DNA from: Alphaproteobacteria bacterium
GTDB lineage: Bacteria > Pseudomonadota > Alphaproteobacteria > Bin98
Length of the DNA: 64,000 bases
Assembly: GCA_965261615.1 (NCBI GenBank)
Contig: OZ253461.1
Span: forward strand, 1,395,994-1,459,993
Direction of reading: 5' to 3'
Under the pieces are notes generated by a model. That model was not told the DNA's origin and ran no database searches. It saw only the letters and a program-made list of their open reading frames with translations. A program made the translations under genes and the position numbers. Below, piece by piece: positions 33,045 through 43,044 of the stretch; the stretch's first letter is position 1; each line of letters starts with the position of its first letter.

Positions 33045-33802
33045 AGCTCCCCCTCAACACAAAGGCCATCATATCCCAACGTCACATTTGATGGAAGCAT
33101 TTTTGTAACTTCATCATAGTCTAATTGCAAGCCAAGGTTAACGAGGTAAGCCATCTGTGGCTGTACTTTTTCAATCCATGTTAACGCTGTTGTAAGCCCT
33201 GCATGACTATCTGTATCATTAAAGCCCTTTGCGGGGACAAACCATGTTTTAACATTAGCGAGCGCTCTGAAGGCTTTGTCCTCTAAACGAACCGCATCAA
33301 TAGAGTACGCAACTTCACCAATGCGCACCCCTAGTGATAACACACTCCCGTGATCTTGCGGGAAAAAATGAACATCCAAGCCCAAAACATCCTGGCCGCC
33401 ATAAGCGATCACATTGGGTATTAGACCTCCTGACGCCTCTTTCTCAAAGGCATATGAGAAAAAACTCTGGACTCGATGCAGAGTCTTGGTGTCAGTATAC
33501 AGCGGAATGCGACGATTTTGCCCTCGCAACATACAAAACAGTTCGCCGACACCTGCAATATGATCATAATGCCCATGCGTTAAAATCAAAGCGTCTATGT
33601 TTACAATTCCCTCACGCTGCAGTTGAAAGTAAACATCTGGAGTCGCATCAACTAAGATATTCAACGACCCCGCTTGAATGAGCATTGAGCTTCGTTTGCG
33701 GCGGTTGCGTATATTTTCCGGAGAACAGCTCCCCCAGAAGCCTGCTAGTGTAGGCACCGCTGTGCTCGGTCCAACCCCTAAAAGTCGCCACTTCAATATC
33801 AT
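33041..33802 (-). CDS. MBL-fold metallo-hydrolase (PhnP/GPR-like)
   Basis: LTHGHYDHIAG (HxHxDH) motif. Conserved alpha-proteobacterial position after tatD. Confidence 0.75.
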   Translation of the reverse strand: MILKWRLLGVGPSTAVPTLAGFWGSCSPENIRNRRKRSSMLIQAGSLNILVDATPDVYFQLQREGIVNIDALILTHGHYDHIAGVGELFCMLRGQNRRIPLYTDTKTLHRVQSFFSYAFEKEASGGLIPNVIAYGGQDVLGLDVHFFPQDHGSVLSLGVRIGEVAYSIDAVRLEDKAFRALANVKTWFVPAKGFNDTDSHAGLTTALTWIEKVQPQMAYLVNLGLQLDYDEVTKMLPSNVTLGYDGLCVEGEL

Positions 33803-34584
33803 AGCACCCTCTTAAAATGAAAAAGCCTCTCAGCATTTTGCGCTACATGCTCTTTGAAGGCGCTCAAGTCCAACCCTCGCGCTTGCGCAATATACTCATA
33901 CACATAGCGAACAGCATAAGGCTCATTACACTGACCACGAATCTTTTGTGGCGCTAAATATGGTGCATCTGTTTCACACAAAAGATACTCTAAAGGAATG
34001 TGAGTCGCCGCCTCTTGAATAAGCTCTGCTTTTTTTTCAAAAGTCACAATGCCCGAAAAAGAAATAAAAGCATCACAGTGCTCGATAAACCACATAGCTG
34101 TCTTCAAGTCACCAGTAAAGCAGTGTACAACACAGCGTAAATCCGGATAATCCACCTTAAGGTCTTTTAAAAATGACTTTGTTTCATCAAAAGCATTCCG
34201 GCTATGAATAACCATGGCCTTCTTTAAAGAATGTGCCACCTCTGCGTGCCGCGCAAAAGAAACTTCTTGATCTTTTAAGCTGTCCTGAGTTCCGTGAAAT
34301 AAGTCTAATCCAGTTTCGCCAAGTGCTACGATTTTTTTACTGGTGGCCAAGTGTAAAAGATCTTGTTTTTCTGGCACACCCATCTCTGCAACATCCACTG
34401 GGTGAACGCCAACAGCACCATACACAGAGTCATGCATTTTGCATATATTAACAACTTCAAGAGAGTCCTTAAGGTCAACCCCGATAGTCACTAAGCGCTT
34501 AACACCCTCTGCAGAGGCTTTTTTCACCAGCCCGTCTACATTATCGTAGCGCTCATTTGACAAATGGCAATGTGTATCTATCAT
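33799..34584 (-). CDS. tatD: TatD-family metal-dependent hydrolase/DNase
   Basis: MIDTHCHL start, plus the GETGLD, VIHSR, HCFTG and ETDAPYL motifs. Confidence 0.9.
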   Translation of the reverse strand: MIDTHCHLSNERYDNVDGLVKKASAEGVKRLVTIGVDLKDSLEVVNICKMHDSVYGAVGVHPVDVAEMGVPEKQDLLHLATSKKIVALGETGLDLFHGTQDSLKDQEVSFARHAEVAHSLKKAMVIHSRNAFDETKSFLKDLKVDYPDLRCVVHCFTGDLKTAMWFIEHCDAFISFSGIVTFEKKAELIQEAATHIPLEYLLCETDAPYLAPQKIRGQCNEPYAVRYVYEYIAQARGLDLSAFKEHVAQNAERLFHFKRVL

Positions 34585-34631
34585 TCCTTACATTATAAAC
34601 TACTAGCAATAGATTTGCAATTTTTTATGCA

Positions 34632-35531
34632 TTAGTCACAAACAATATGCGCGTATAGGCCTAGCACGACAGCACGCCATGACGAATGGTATATTTTGCA
34701 CTCCTCTAAATGTGTAGTCCAACGTACCCATAGCGGCGGCAGACCACGCCATCCACACCCCAAAGTTTGCATCTCTGGATTACGTGCGACAGCAGAAGAT
34801 AAATTTGATAACGCCTCTATTACATCCTCAACGGGAAGCTTATTTTGTGGCTTCACCCACTTCAAAAGTTGCTTTTCTGCACCCACTCCACCAATCATCA
34901 TACTCACAAAACGCAGAAACTCACACAACTTTTGGTATCCTCCTGGGTTTTCTTTCCATTGCTGCACGGGCCCCAAAGCACCTCCAGAGATCGTAAAAAG
35001 ATCTTCTTCTGTACAACACTCTTGTGTCAAATCTTGCTCACGCACACATTGCAGAAACTCACTCAAAGTTAAAGATGGTATATAGACACTATGGGAGCGA
35101 GATCGAATCGTACGGCTCACACTACGGCTGCTATGAGCAATAAGCAAAAATATCACCTTTTGATGCCCTTCCAAAACCTTTAGCAGGGCATCTCTTGCCG
35201 TATAGTGCATATCATCAAGCGCATCTACTATCACAAATTTTTGCTCGCCCAAAATGGGCGCTTTATTCACAAACTCTGTAACCTCTGCAATAAGAGAAAC
35301 ACTTATGTGCCGCTTACCCTCTGGGCATCTAAGCATCAAAAAATCCGGGTGTGTTCCACGCGTGATATGCTCACTCATGTCCTCTTCCCCAGAGGAAGTT
35401 AAAAGTTTTATTACGATATTAAGTGCCCACTGAGTTTTTCCAACACCTTTCTTACCTTCAAGTAAAAGCACTCTAGGAAAAGTTGCAGGATTTTGGGTGA
35501 GATTGTCAATGATTTGAACGCTTTGGATCAT
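34632..35531 (-). CDS. holB: DNA polymerase III delta-prime subunit
   Basis: AAA+ clamp-loader fold with GKKGVGKT, KFVIVDALDDM and SRxxxSRS-like motifs. tmk-holB synteny. Confidence 0.78.
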   Translation of the reverse strand: MIQSVQIIDNLTQNPATFPRVLLLEGKKGVGKTQWALNIVIKLLTSSGEEDMSEHITRGTHPDFLMLRCPEGKRHISVSLIAEVTEFVNKAPILGEQKFVIVDALDDMHYTARDALLKVLEGHQKVIFLLIAHSSRSVSRTIRSRSHSVYIPSLTLSEFLQCVREQDLTQECCTEEDLFTISGGALGPVQQWKENPGGYQKLCEFLRFVSMMIGGVGAEKQLLKWVKPQNKLPVEDVIEALSNLSSAVARNPEMQTLGCGWRGLPPLWVRWTTHLEECKIYHSSWRAVVLGLYAHIVCD

Positions 35532-35561
35532 GATAGCCTTTCTCAGGTTATCATAAGCATT

Positions 35562-36188
35562 CTATATTTCTAATATGCGACCAACTTTTTCTGTCATTTC
35601 AGCAAACACCTTATCCACATTTTGGCAGGCATCGATACGCACAATCCTTTCCGGATACATTGCATGCAGCTTGACGTACTGTTCATAAACCTTTTTTTGA
35701 AAATTTTTCTGCACCTCAAAAGCATGGGTCATTCCCTGTTCTTGGCGCTTTTCCACACGCCCCCAAGTAATGTCTGGTGAAATATCTAGCCATAGTGTTA
35801 TATTAGGCATAAAATCACCCAAAAGCATTGTGTGCAAATTTTGCAAAAACTCCAAAGAACACCCCAATGCCGACTGGTAGGCAAAAGTTGAGTCAACATA
35901 ACGGTCACATACCACGCTAACACCCTTTTCCAAATTCGGGATAATTAGCTCACGCGTATGGTTATAGCGCCCTGCATTAAGCAAAAGGGCTTGCTCCACC
36001 GAAGACCACTGCATAGCGTTTGCACGCAGAATATTGCGCACCACATCGCCAACAGCTGACCCACCAGGCTCCCGTGTTGTAATGTAATGGACGCCCATTT
36101 TCGCAAGCCATGAGCATAGGAGTTTTGACTGTGTACTTTTCCCGCACGCATCTGTCCCCTCTAGTGAAATTAATTTTCCTCGTGTCAT
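35562..36188 (-). CDS. tmk: Thymidylate kinase
   Basis: P-loop LEGTDACGKSTQ, plus TREPGGS and DRYVDSTFAYQ motifs. The start is taken at the internal ATG 36188-36186. Confidence 0.9.
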   Translation of the reverse strand: MTRGKLISLEGTDACGKSTQSKLLCSWLAKMGVHYITTREPGGSAVGDVVRNILRANAMQWSSVEQALLLNAGRYNHTRELIIPNLEKGVSVVCDRYVDSTFAYQSALGCSLEFLQNLHTMLLGDFMPNITLWLDISPDITWGRVEKRQEQGMTHAFEVQKNFQKKVYEQYVKLHAMYPERIVRIDACQNVDKVFAEMTEKVGRILEI

Positions 36189-36277
36189 TAGTTCATTGTA
36201 GTACACAAGCGCGGCAACACGCACCTTATTCAGCGCTCTGCCAACAAAACACTTAACTAGATGTTACAGAACCGACT

Positions 36278-37423
36278 TTACCCAAAAAGCCAATAACGCA
36301 GAAGCGCCAGAGGTCTTTTCCAAACTTTAATGTTTGAAAGCTCCTCTTTCAAGAAAAGTGGATGAATCTTTGTTTCACCTGACGGCCATATGACATATAA
36401 GTCCGCAATATGCGCACCCTTTGGCTGCCGACCTTTGACAGGGGTCTTATAACGCACCTCATATCGCATTTTTTTGACATCACGTCGCTGAACTGTAATA
36501 TAAAAATCCTGCAAAGAAATAGCTTCTACTGTTTGTTTATCAGCTAAAAATGTCGGTATGTTCTCCACCATAACCTGGCCCGCTTTACAAAGCTGAACAT
36601 TCATAAAGTTTGAGAAACCAAACGCTAGAAGCTGCCTCCCAGCCTCAAAGCGCTCGTTTTGGTTCAGGCAGCCATTTATCACTCCAAAAAGACGCCTGCC
36701 CTCTTGCTCTGCTGTAAACACTATTCCATAGCCTGCGGAATCTGTATTTCCTGTTTTAAGGCCGTCCACGCCATATTGTGTCAATTTCAACAAGTCATTC
36801 CGATTGCTTTGAGTAATATTATTGTACCGCATAGATTTGACCTTAAACCGCCATGCCTGATCTCCATGTTTTTCTAGAAGCTTTTGGCCTATAAGCACCA
36901 AATCTCGCGCGGTTGTCATTTGCATAGCGTTTGGCAGCCCCGTCACATTACACACGGTAGTTTGCGTACACCCTAGGTCTTTTGCAAGAGACTCCATTGC
37001 TTCCGCTGCTGCTTCTTCTGATCCATACAACTCCTCAGCCAAAGCCACTGCCGCATCATTACCAGAAACCACAACCACCCCATTAATAAGATCCTCCATA
37101 CTGACCGGCTTATTCTGCTCCACAAACATGCGAGAACCTTCCTGTTGACGAGCATGTCGACTCGGGCGACACATAATGTGTTTTGGGTCGCGCCCCACTA
37201 GGCTATCAAACACTAAGTAAAGTAGTAGCATTTTTTGCATAGAAGAAGGGAACATCAGCTCTCCTTCCTCTCGCGCAAATAAAATAGCGTTTGATTGACC
37301 ATCCACAAGAAAAGCTCTCATACCCTCTTTGCTAACCGCACGCAAATTACACGTTGGGGAAGCATTAAGCATCGCTCCCACTATTAGCATAATATTAATG
37401 AATTTTTTTTGCATAACCATCAT
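36278..37423 (-). CDS. dacA: D-alanyl-D-alanine carboxypeptidase (S11 family, PBP5/6-like)
   Basis: SxxK (SSMQK), SGN (VVSGNDAA) and KTG (LKTGNT) motifs in the canonical order, with a signal peptide. Confidence 0.85.
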   Translation of the reverse strand: MMVMQKKFINIMLIVGAMLNASPTCNLRAVSKEGMRAFLVDGQSNAILFAREEGELMFPSSMQKMLLLYLVFDSLVGRDPKHIMCRPSRHARQQEGSRMFVEQNKPVSMEDLINGVVVVSGNDAAVALAEELYGSEEAAAEAMESLAKDLGCTQTTVCNVTGLPNAMQMTTARDLVLIGQKLLEKHGDQAWRFKVKSMRYNNITQSNRNDLLKLTQYGVDGLKTGNTDSAGYGIVFTAEQEGRRLFGVINGCLNQNERFEAGRQLLAFGFSNFMNVQLCKAGQVMVENIPTFLADKQTVEAISLQDFYITVQRRDVKKMRYEVRYKTPVKGRQPKGAHIADLYVIWPSGETKIHPLFLKEELSNIKVWKRPLALLRYWLFG

Positions 37424-38433
37424 CCTTTTAGAACATAAGCTCCACTAACTTTATATTTTTTCTTCAGCATATTAAGGGTGGACTGTGCGTTTTTATCGGC
37501 AATTGGCCCCACCTGCACGCAGTACATTATTACATTAGACTTGCGCCTCTCCTCTTTAATGTACACGGGCAAATTATCATAGTTCTTTATTTTATAAACC
37601 AGCCTTTTTGCATCATCCTCTATGTGAAACGCAGCCAGCTGTAACACTGTTTTTGCTTTTCCTGAGGCTTGCCCGACTTCTTTTGCTTCCTCGGAAGGAG
37701 CGATCAACTTTTGAAAGAACCCTTTAACTTTTTTCGCATAGCCTTCTTCTTCTTGCGCTTCTACAGCACTCGGCCCTACAGTTGTTGTTCGCTTTTTCCC
37801 TGTCAGTTTTTCTTTAAGCCTCTGGCTTTCCTCAGATAAAATTTGCACCCGCACATGCGCATCTCCATATCGGTCAAAACGCAATGCCCTTGCTGCTGCA
37901 TAGGACAGATCCAGTATTCTTTCTTTAGCAAAAGGTCCCCGGTCATTAACACGCACCAATAGTGACATACCATTTTCCAGGTTTGTGACCCGCACTATAC
38001 AAGGCAGCGGAAGCGTACGGTGGGCAGCTGTAATCTTATTTTTATCAAAAATCTCACCATTCGCTGTTCGTTTACCATGAAAATCATCCCCATACCAAGA
38101 TGCACTTCCAACCTCGTCATAACTCCACTCTTCTTTGGGGAAGTACCACACTCCATTTATTTTAAAGGGCTTTCCAACTTTATAGTGACCGCCTACCGCA
38201 CGTGTTGCTTTTGCTATATCGTCTAAATTTTTTTCATAGGCCCGCGTCACAACACTTGGCTCTTTGCTCGCTGTTGTTGTCTCTTCGGCCACAGGCTTTG
38301 TCACAGGTTCAGCTTTAGCCGGACTAGGCGCTGGCAGAGACACAGGGCGTGGAAGCTCTTTCTGTGAAGAACACCCGACCAAAAGCACTATGGATTTAAT
38401 ACACAAAAAGGATAAAAACCAGCAAGAACGCAT
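37420..38433 (-). CDS. rlpA: Septal ring lytic transglycosylase RlpA-family lipoprotein with C-terminal SPOR domain
   Basis: Lipobox LLVGC, DPBB domain (ASWYGDDFHGKRTANGEIFDKNKITAAHRTLPLPCIVRVTNLENG...VRVNDRGPF) and a SPOR-like C-terminus. Confidence 0.88.
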   Translation of the reverse strand: MRSCWFLSFLCIKSIVLLVGCSSQKELPRPVSLPAPSPAKAEPVTKPVAEETTTASKEPSVVTRAYEKNLDDIAKATRAVGGHYKVGKPFKINGVWYFPKEEWSYDEVGSASWYGDDFHGKRTANGEIFDKNKITAAHRTLPLPCIVRVTNLENGMSLLVRVNDRGPFAKERILDLSYAAARALRFDRYGDAHVRVQILSEESQRLKEKLTGKKRTTTVGPSAVEAQEEEGYAKKVKGFFQKLIAPSEEAKEVGQASGKAKTVLQLAAFHIEDDAKRLVYKIKNYDNLPVYIKEERRKSNVIMYCVQVGPIADKNAQSTLNMLKKKYKVSGAYVLKG

Positions 38434-38494
38434 AAGCCATTATAACTAAAAAATAAGACTTCTCGCAACTGACTTCCATCTATACGAAAAAATA

Positions 38495-38503
38495 TGCTAT
38501 AAT
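38495..38503 (+). promoter_or_regulatory. Extended -10 element TGcTATAAT upstream of tRNA-Ser
   Basis: The sequence reads aTATGCTATAATcacttgagcatt followed by the tRNA. The hexamer is at 38498-38503 and the predicted TSS is about 38510, 6 nt before the tRNA. Confidence 0.55.
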
Positions 38504-38515
38504 CACTTGAGCATT

Positions 38516-38602
38516 GGATGGGTGGCCGAGCGGTTGAAGGCACCGGTCTTGAAAACCGGCAGGGGTGCAAGCTTCTCGTGGGTTCGAATCCCACCCCATC
38601 CG
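38516..38602 (+). tRNA. tRNA-Ser (anticodon TGA), long variable arm, CCA not encoded
   Basis: GGATGGGTGGCCGAGCGGTTGAAGGCACCGGTCTTGAAAACCGGCAGGGGTGCAAGCTTCTCGTGGGTTCGAATCCCACCCCATCCG is a type-II cloverleaf. Confidence 0.9.
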
Positions 38603-38616
38603 TATCATCCACTTTC

Positions 38617-39141
38617 ATGAATTTTCACTTTAACATTCATTCCCCCAGCACCTTTGCCAAACCACACAGCTTACAGCCCTCACAAGATCAACTTGACAGC
38701 TTTTCAAAACGAATCAACGCACACAGTATTGAAAACTTTTTTATCAAAGCCACATTTTCAAAAGATAACGGCCCCGCAAAAAACATCGTCTGCCATCTCA
38801 AAATTCGCGCGAATATAGCGTTAAAATGTCTGCTTTCTGCTGAAGTGGTACCTTTTCATCACAGGAACACATACACGCTAATTTTTTTCAAAAATGAAAA
38901 CCACAAGGAAGCCACCGAAGAGTTTGTGGAACATCTTTACCTTCCAGATGGGCAAATAGACTTATGGGAAACAACTCAGCAGTATATTATTTTAGAGGCT
39001 CCAGAACGTCCTATTGCGGCATCATGCATGGACGAAATCCGTTCTTTTCAAGAAGAGCCCACATCGGATAGCCAAGAAAAGAACCCAACAACACATCCAT
39101 TTCGACACTTAAAGGAATTTCTTTCTGAAGAAGAGTCCTAG
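38617..39141 (+). CDS. yceD: YceD/DUF177 family protein (large-subunit rRNA accumulation protein)
   Basis: 174 aa from ATG 38617. DUF177-like features: LYLPDGQIDLWETTQQYIILEAPERP and a C-terminal HPFRHLKEFL (NPFaxL-type). The listed longer ORF starts inside tRNA-Ser. Confidence 0.6.
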   Translation: MNFHFNIHSPSTFAKPHSLQPSQDQLDSFSKRINAHSIENFFIKATFSKDNGPAKNIVCHLKIRANIALKCLLSAEVVPFHHRNTYTLIFFKNENHKEATEEFVEHLYLPDGQIDLWETTQQYIILEAPERPIAASCMDEIRSFQEEPTSDSQEKNPTTHPFRHLKEFLSEEES

Positions 39142-39536
39142 TAGCTACTAATGCGAACTCCAGGCCTCTTTTTGGGCTTAAAAGGATTAGGCTTTTTGGA
39201 ATTGCCACCTTTTTTGTTGCGCCGCTCACTATGCCTCTTAATCGCTACCGCCAAAGCGGGATGCGGAAGACACTTATCCACTTTAGTCTTACACGGCCGA
39301 CCTGGACAACCCATCTCTGTCATATTCTTACGGGTTCCGCGCGGTATCAGCTCACAGTCACCACGCAGCAACAGAATGTAGCCATTCGGATCACACGGTA
39401 TATTCTCCGTATGTGGAGTGAAGTTTCTATTAGCAGCTTCTTTGGTTTCAACCAAACCATAACACCGAACAACATCCTTGTGAGACGCAGTCTGCGCTCC
39501 AAGAACACTACTAATTACTATCACTAATCCGAGCAT
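39138..39536 (-). CDS. Small exported Cys-containing protein with strongly basic C-terminal tail (orphan)
   Basis: Signal-like N-terminus MLGLVIVISSVLGAQTA and six Cys. The segment RCYG...DPNGYILLLRGDCELIPRG is reminiscent of DUF2282-type small proteins. The tail is KRHSERRNKKGGNSKKPNPFKPKKRPG. Coding status is not certain. Confidence 0.4.
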   Translation of the reverse strand: MLGLVIVISSVLGAQTASHKDVVRCYGLVETKEAANRNFTPHTENIPCDPNGYILLLRGDCELIPRGTRKNMTEMGCPGRPCKTKVDKCLPHPALAVAIKRHSERRNKKGGNSKKPNPFKPKKRPGVRISSY

Positions 39537-40260
39537 CTAAAAATTTTCTCACATATGGAACGGTACAATTATCCAAGTCATCCATGGCACCAGACCATAA
39601 TATGGACCCTTGATACAACACAGCGACCCTATCACCCACATGATGTGCCGAAAGCATATCGTGCGTAATAGTCAAAGAAGCTGCTTTTAAAGAGCGCACA
39701 CTTTGAATGATCAAGTCATCAATAAGGCGGCACATAATCGGGTCCAATCCAGTAGTAGGCTCATCAAAGAAAAGCATTTGTGGCTCTCCTGCAATAGCTC
39801 TAGCCAGACCAACTCTTTTTTGCATACCACCTGAAAGGTCACTTGGGTAAAGTTTTGCAACAGCAGGGTCTAGACCTATCTGCTCAAGGTACTTTTTTGC
39901 CTCAACTATCCCCTGTGATCTGGACACTTGACCAGAGGCAACGAGCCCAAATAAAATATTTTCCCACACAGTTAAACTATCAAAAAGAGCAGATTGCTGA
40001 AAAAGCATTCCCACCTTCTTCAAGTTATTTTGCCTCTCTTTCGGAGACATTTTTGCAATATCTTTTCCCCACAAGAGCACAGAGCCTTGATCTGGTGTAA
40101 GCATACCCAAAATAATGCGGAGCAAAACAGACTTTCCAGAACCAGAGCCACCCAAAACAACAAGCGATTCACCTTGCTTAATAGAAAAGCTAACTCCTTT
40201 AAGAACAGACTTTGTTCCAAAAGATTTCCAAATATTACGTAGTTCAAGTGCAGCAGTCAT
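39511..40260 (-). CDS. mlaF: Phospholipid/lipid-asymmetry ABC transporter ATP-binding protein MlaF
   Basis: Walker A GGSGSGKS, signature LSGGMQKRVGLARA and Walker B LFFDEPTTGLD. It is paired with the MlaE permease. Confidence 0.85.
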   Translation of the reverse strand: MTAALELRNIWKSFGTKSVLKGVSFSIKQGESLVVLGGSGSGKSVLLRIILGMLTPDQGSVLLWGKDIAKMSPKERQNNLKKVGMLFQQSALFDSLTVWENILFGLVASGQVSRSQGIVEAKKYLEQIGLDPAVAKLYPSDLSGGMQKRVGLARAIAGEPQMLFFDEPTTGLDPIMCRLIDDLIIQSVRSLKAASLTITHDMLSAHHVGDRVAVLYQGSILWSGAMDDLDNCTVPYVRKFLDARISDSN

Positions 40261-40261
40261 T

Positions 40262-41059
40262 TTAGTTTAAAAACAAAATAGATGTTAGAAAGTAATTTAC
40301 AAAAAGAATGGATATAGATGACATCACAACAGCGCGCGTAGTTGCATCCCCCACACCTTGAGCACCCCCAAAAGCATTATACCCTTGGTAACAGCTAATG
40401 CTGGATATCATCATGCCGAAAACTAGAGCCTTAAACAAACCGCTTAAAACATCTTCGAGCAAAAGGTGCCTAAACGTCTCCTGCACATATAGCGCATAGT
40501 TAAAGCCCAAAACATAACGGGCTATTAAATATCCCCCAAAAACACCAATTGCATCTACGCACAGCACCATCAAAGGTAGCATAAACGTTAAAATAGCAAC
40601 TCTTGGAGCAATTAAATAGCGCATAGGACAAATTCCCATAGTCCACAAGGCTGCTATTTGCTCACTAACACGCATAGAGCCAATTTCCGCCGCAATCGCG
40701 GCTCCCACGCGCCCTGCAACCATTAATCCCCCAAGTACAGGCCCCAGCTCACGCACCATGGAAAGCACAACTACTGTCGCGATAGAGCTTTCAGCAGAAA
40801 ATCTAGAAAACCCCGTATAACTTTGTAAGGCCAAAACCATTCCGGTAAAAATCGCCGTCAATCCCACTACCGGCAAAGATAAAAACCCTAAGCTCCAAAA
40901 TTGCTTAACCCACTCCCTGAAGTAAAAAGGTGGAGAAAAAGCAGCACACAGACCATGAAAGAAGAATAGAAAAAACGCTCCCACATGCTGAAAAAATTTA
41001 ACAAAAGTAACGCCAATAGATAAAAAAATCACGAGAACCTTCTCGAAGAATATTAACAC
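40262..41059 (-). CDS. mlaE: MlaE-family ABC transporter permease
   Basis: 265-aa polytopic protein with typical MlaE sequence (ELGPVLGGLMVAGRVGAAIAAEIGSMRVSEQIAAL). Confidence 0.85.
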   Translation of the reverse strand: MLIFFEKVLVIFLSIGVTFVKFFQHVGAFFLFFFHGLCAAFSPPFYFREWVKQFWSLGFLSLPVVGLTAIFTGMVLALQSYTGFSRFSAESSIATVVVLSMVRELGPVLGGLMVAGRVGAAIAAEIGSMRVSEQIAALWTMGICPMRYLIAPRVAILTFMLPLMVLCVDAIGVFGGYLIARYVLGFNYALYVQETFRHLLLEDVLSGLFKALVFGMMISSISCYQGYNAFGGAQGVGDATTRAVVMSSISILFVNYFLTSILFLN

Positions 41060-41153
41060 AGTAAAGGCCTATATCGCAAGCCAATATCCCTAATCCACGC
41101 CATTTATCCCGACAATGCCCTCAAACTTACATCGCATCAATTACGCGCTGTGC

Positions 41154-41825
41154 CTATTCGACCATTACTTGAGGGAGCACCTTCCCATTTATTAATGAAA
41201 AAACCTTATGAGACTTCTGTGCCAAACTCTCATCATGAGTAGCAATGATCACGGTCATTCCTGCATGAACTGCCACATTATACAGCAAATCAAACACGCG
41301 GTGTGCTAACCCACTATCTAGTCCCGCCGTTGGCTCATCACAAATAAGCAGAGAAGGCTTGGTTACCAGAGCACGGGCAAGTGCTACACGTTGAGCTTGC
41401 CCACAAGACAAAACAGATGGCTTTGCGGCCCACAGTTCTGATGGTATTTCCACGAAACGCAAGGTATCACGAGATCGACCCCACACATCTTTCCCCAACC
41501 CTCCAATAGCCACATTTTCCAAAACAGAAAGTTCTTGTATCAGAAAAGGACGTTGCAGCACAAAGCGCAATTCTTTTCTGCGCAACTGCTCAAAAGAATC
41601 GGGGCTTTGAACTTTCCCAAAAAGCGAAACCTGACCTCCACTAGGTATGTCTAAGCCTCCAGCAAGAGTCAAACATGTTGTTTTACCAGAGCCTGAAGCC
41701 CCCATAATGGAAACCACTGTCCCTTCCTGCACTGAAAAGCTTGTATCCTGTAAGGCAAAAAACGTTTTGCCCGATGGAAGCATAAAGCCCTTGCTCACTC
41801 TTGAAAATGTTAAAACATCACTCAT
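41154..41825 (-). CDS. lolD: Lipoprotein-releasing system ATP-binding protein LolD
   Basis: Walker A GASGSGKTT, signature LSCGQAQRVALARAL and Walker B LICDEPTAGLD. It follows the lolC/E-like permease. Confidence 0.82.
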   Translation of the reverse strand: MSDVLTFSRVSKGFMLPSGKTFFALQDTSFSVQEGTVVSIMGASGSGKTTCLTLAGGLDIPSGGQVSLFGKVQSPDSFEQLRRKELRFVLQRPFLIQELSVLENVAIGGLGKDVWGRSRDTLRFVEIPSELWAAKPSVLSCGQAQRVALARALVTKPSLLICDEPTAGLDSGLAHRVFDLLYNVAVHAGMTVIIATHDESLAQKSHKVFSLINGKVLPQVMVE

Positions 41826-43044
41826 ATCGAAAACACGTTAGTGGGGTATTTTTGACCGCTTTGCGGGCAGGAAACCACACTGAAAAAACACAAACCAAAA
41901 AAGCGGCTCCTGCGACCTGTGCCAGCAATACCCATGTACAATCCGCCGGCACCGATGTCAGCATATAAAACCCTTCTAAATCCAAGTTCAACCCCAAGAA
42001 GGTCATGAAGAATTTGCGAATCGCATCAATATACAAGCAAAACAAGCCACCGCAGGCCAATCCGGCTGTAACCGCACCCATAGCAAGGACGGTTCCTGCA
42101 ATCATATATACGGATAGTATGGTTTTTTTTTCGTAACCAATCAAACGCAGCATAGCCGTATCCAGTCGTTTATCCTTCACAAACATCATTAACCCAGAAA
42201 CTACATTAAAGCCCGCCAAAAGCGTAATGAAAGTCATAATCAAAATCATCACTGTGCGCTCAAGATCAAGCGCACTGATAAACCCTTTATGGCGCTCTTT
42301 CCAAGTAAAAATTGCACAATTATCACCCACAACACGATCTAACCACTCTTTCGCCACATCTGTATCTTCTGGCCGCTTTAAAAACACATCAATGTGGTAG
42401 AGAGCATGCTGGCAGCCCATAGACTGTGCATAGCCCCATGGCAGAAGTATCGTATTGCTATCCAACAACTGGTAGTTGGTATGAAACACACCAAAAACCT
42501 TTGCTGGCACAATTTCTGGAATGTCTCCCATCATTGTTTCGTGAATGGTTGGCAAGAATATTTCCATTTCTTCGCCAAGGTCCAGACCCGCCTGGTCCGC
42601 AAGGTCTTGTCCCACCAAAACACCCTGCCCTGAAATGGTCGGGACACCTTGAACCACATGCCGTGCCATCATATCCCGTGCCACAGCCACATCAGGAACA
42701 GATTTAAGGGTCACTCCAAAAAGCTTTCCGGAGCGCATTAAGCCTGCCTGCACCTCCCACACCGAAACAGCATAATTGATTAGAGGATTTTCCTGTATTT
42801 TCAACACCAACTCTTCTCTCTCTTTTGCGGAAAACGGCTGCATAGTCACCACAGCTATATGGCTTTCCGCTTGAATCATACGCCCAATCAGCTCACGATG
42901 AAAGCCTCTCATTACTGAAAGCACCACAACCAAAGCCATAACGCTCAAAAAAATCCCCCAAAAAGAGAGACGCACCATCACTTTCAAAAAAGAATCTCGT
43001 TTGTTGGACCAGAGGTACCGCCAAGCTAATTTATGTACGAGCAC
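41818..43044 (-). CDS. lolC: Lipoprotein-releasing system permease LolC/LolE family (GTG start)
   Basis: AWRYLWSNKRDSF N-terminus, MacB-like periplasmic domain and C-terminal FtsX-type TM bundle. proS-lolC-lolD synteny is typical of alphaproteobacteria. Confidence 0.82.
   Translation of the reverse strand: MLVHKLAWRYLWSNKRDSFLKVMVRLSFWGIFLSVMALVVVLSVMRGFHRELIGRMIQAESHIAVVTMQPFSAKEREELVLKIQENPLINYAVSVWEVQAGLMRSGKLFGVTLKSVPDVAVARDMMARHVVQGVPTISGQGVLVGQDLADQAGLDLGEEMEIFLPTIHETMMGDIPEIVPAKVFGVFHTNYQLLDSNTILLPWGYAQSMGCQHALYHIDVFLKRPEDTDVAKEWLDRVVGDNCAIFTWKERHKGFISALDLERTVMILIMTFITLLAGFNVVSGLMMFVKDKRLDTAMLRLIGYEKKTILSVYMIAGTVLAMGAVTAGLACGGLFCLYIDAIRKFFMTFLGLNLDLEGFYMLTSVPADCTWVLLAQVAGAAFLVCVFSVWFPARKAVKNTPLTCFRYE

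Noticed and set aside
38518-38616. N-terminal extension of the yceD ORF
   Set aside because: It is a translation of the tRNA-Ser gene. The DUF177 protein starts at ATG 38617.
39142-39510. Search for rpmF (L32), expected after yceD
   Set aside because: None of the six frames gives an L32-like MAVPKxK...CxxC sequence. The plus-strand ORFs here (76 and 98 aa) are featureless.
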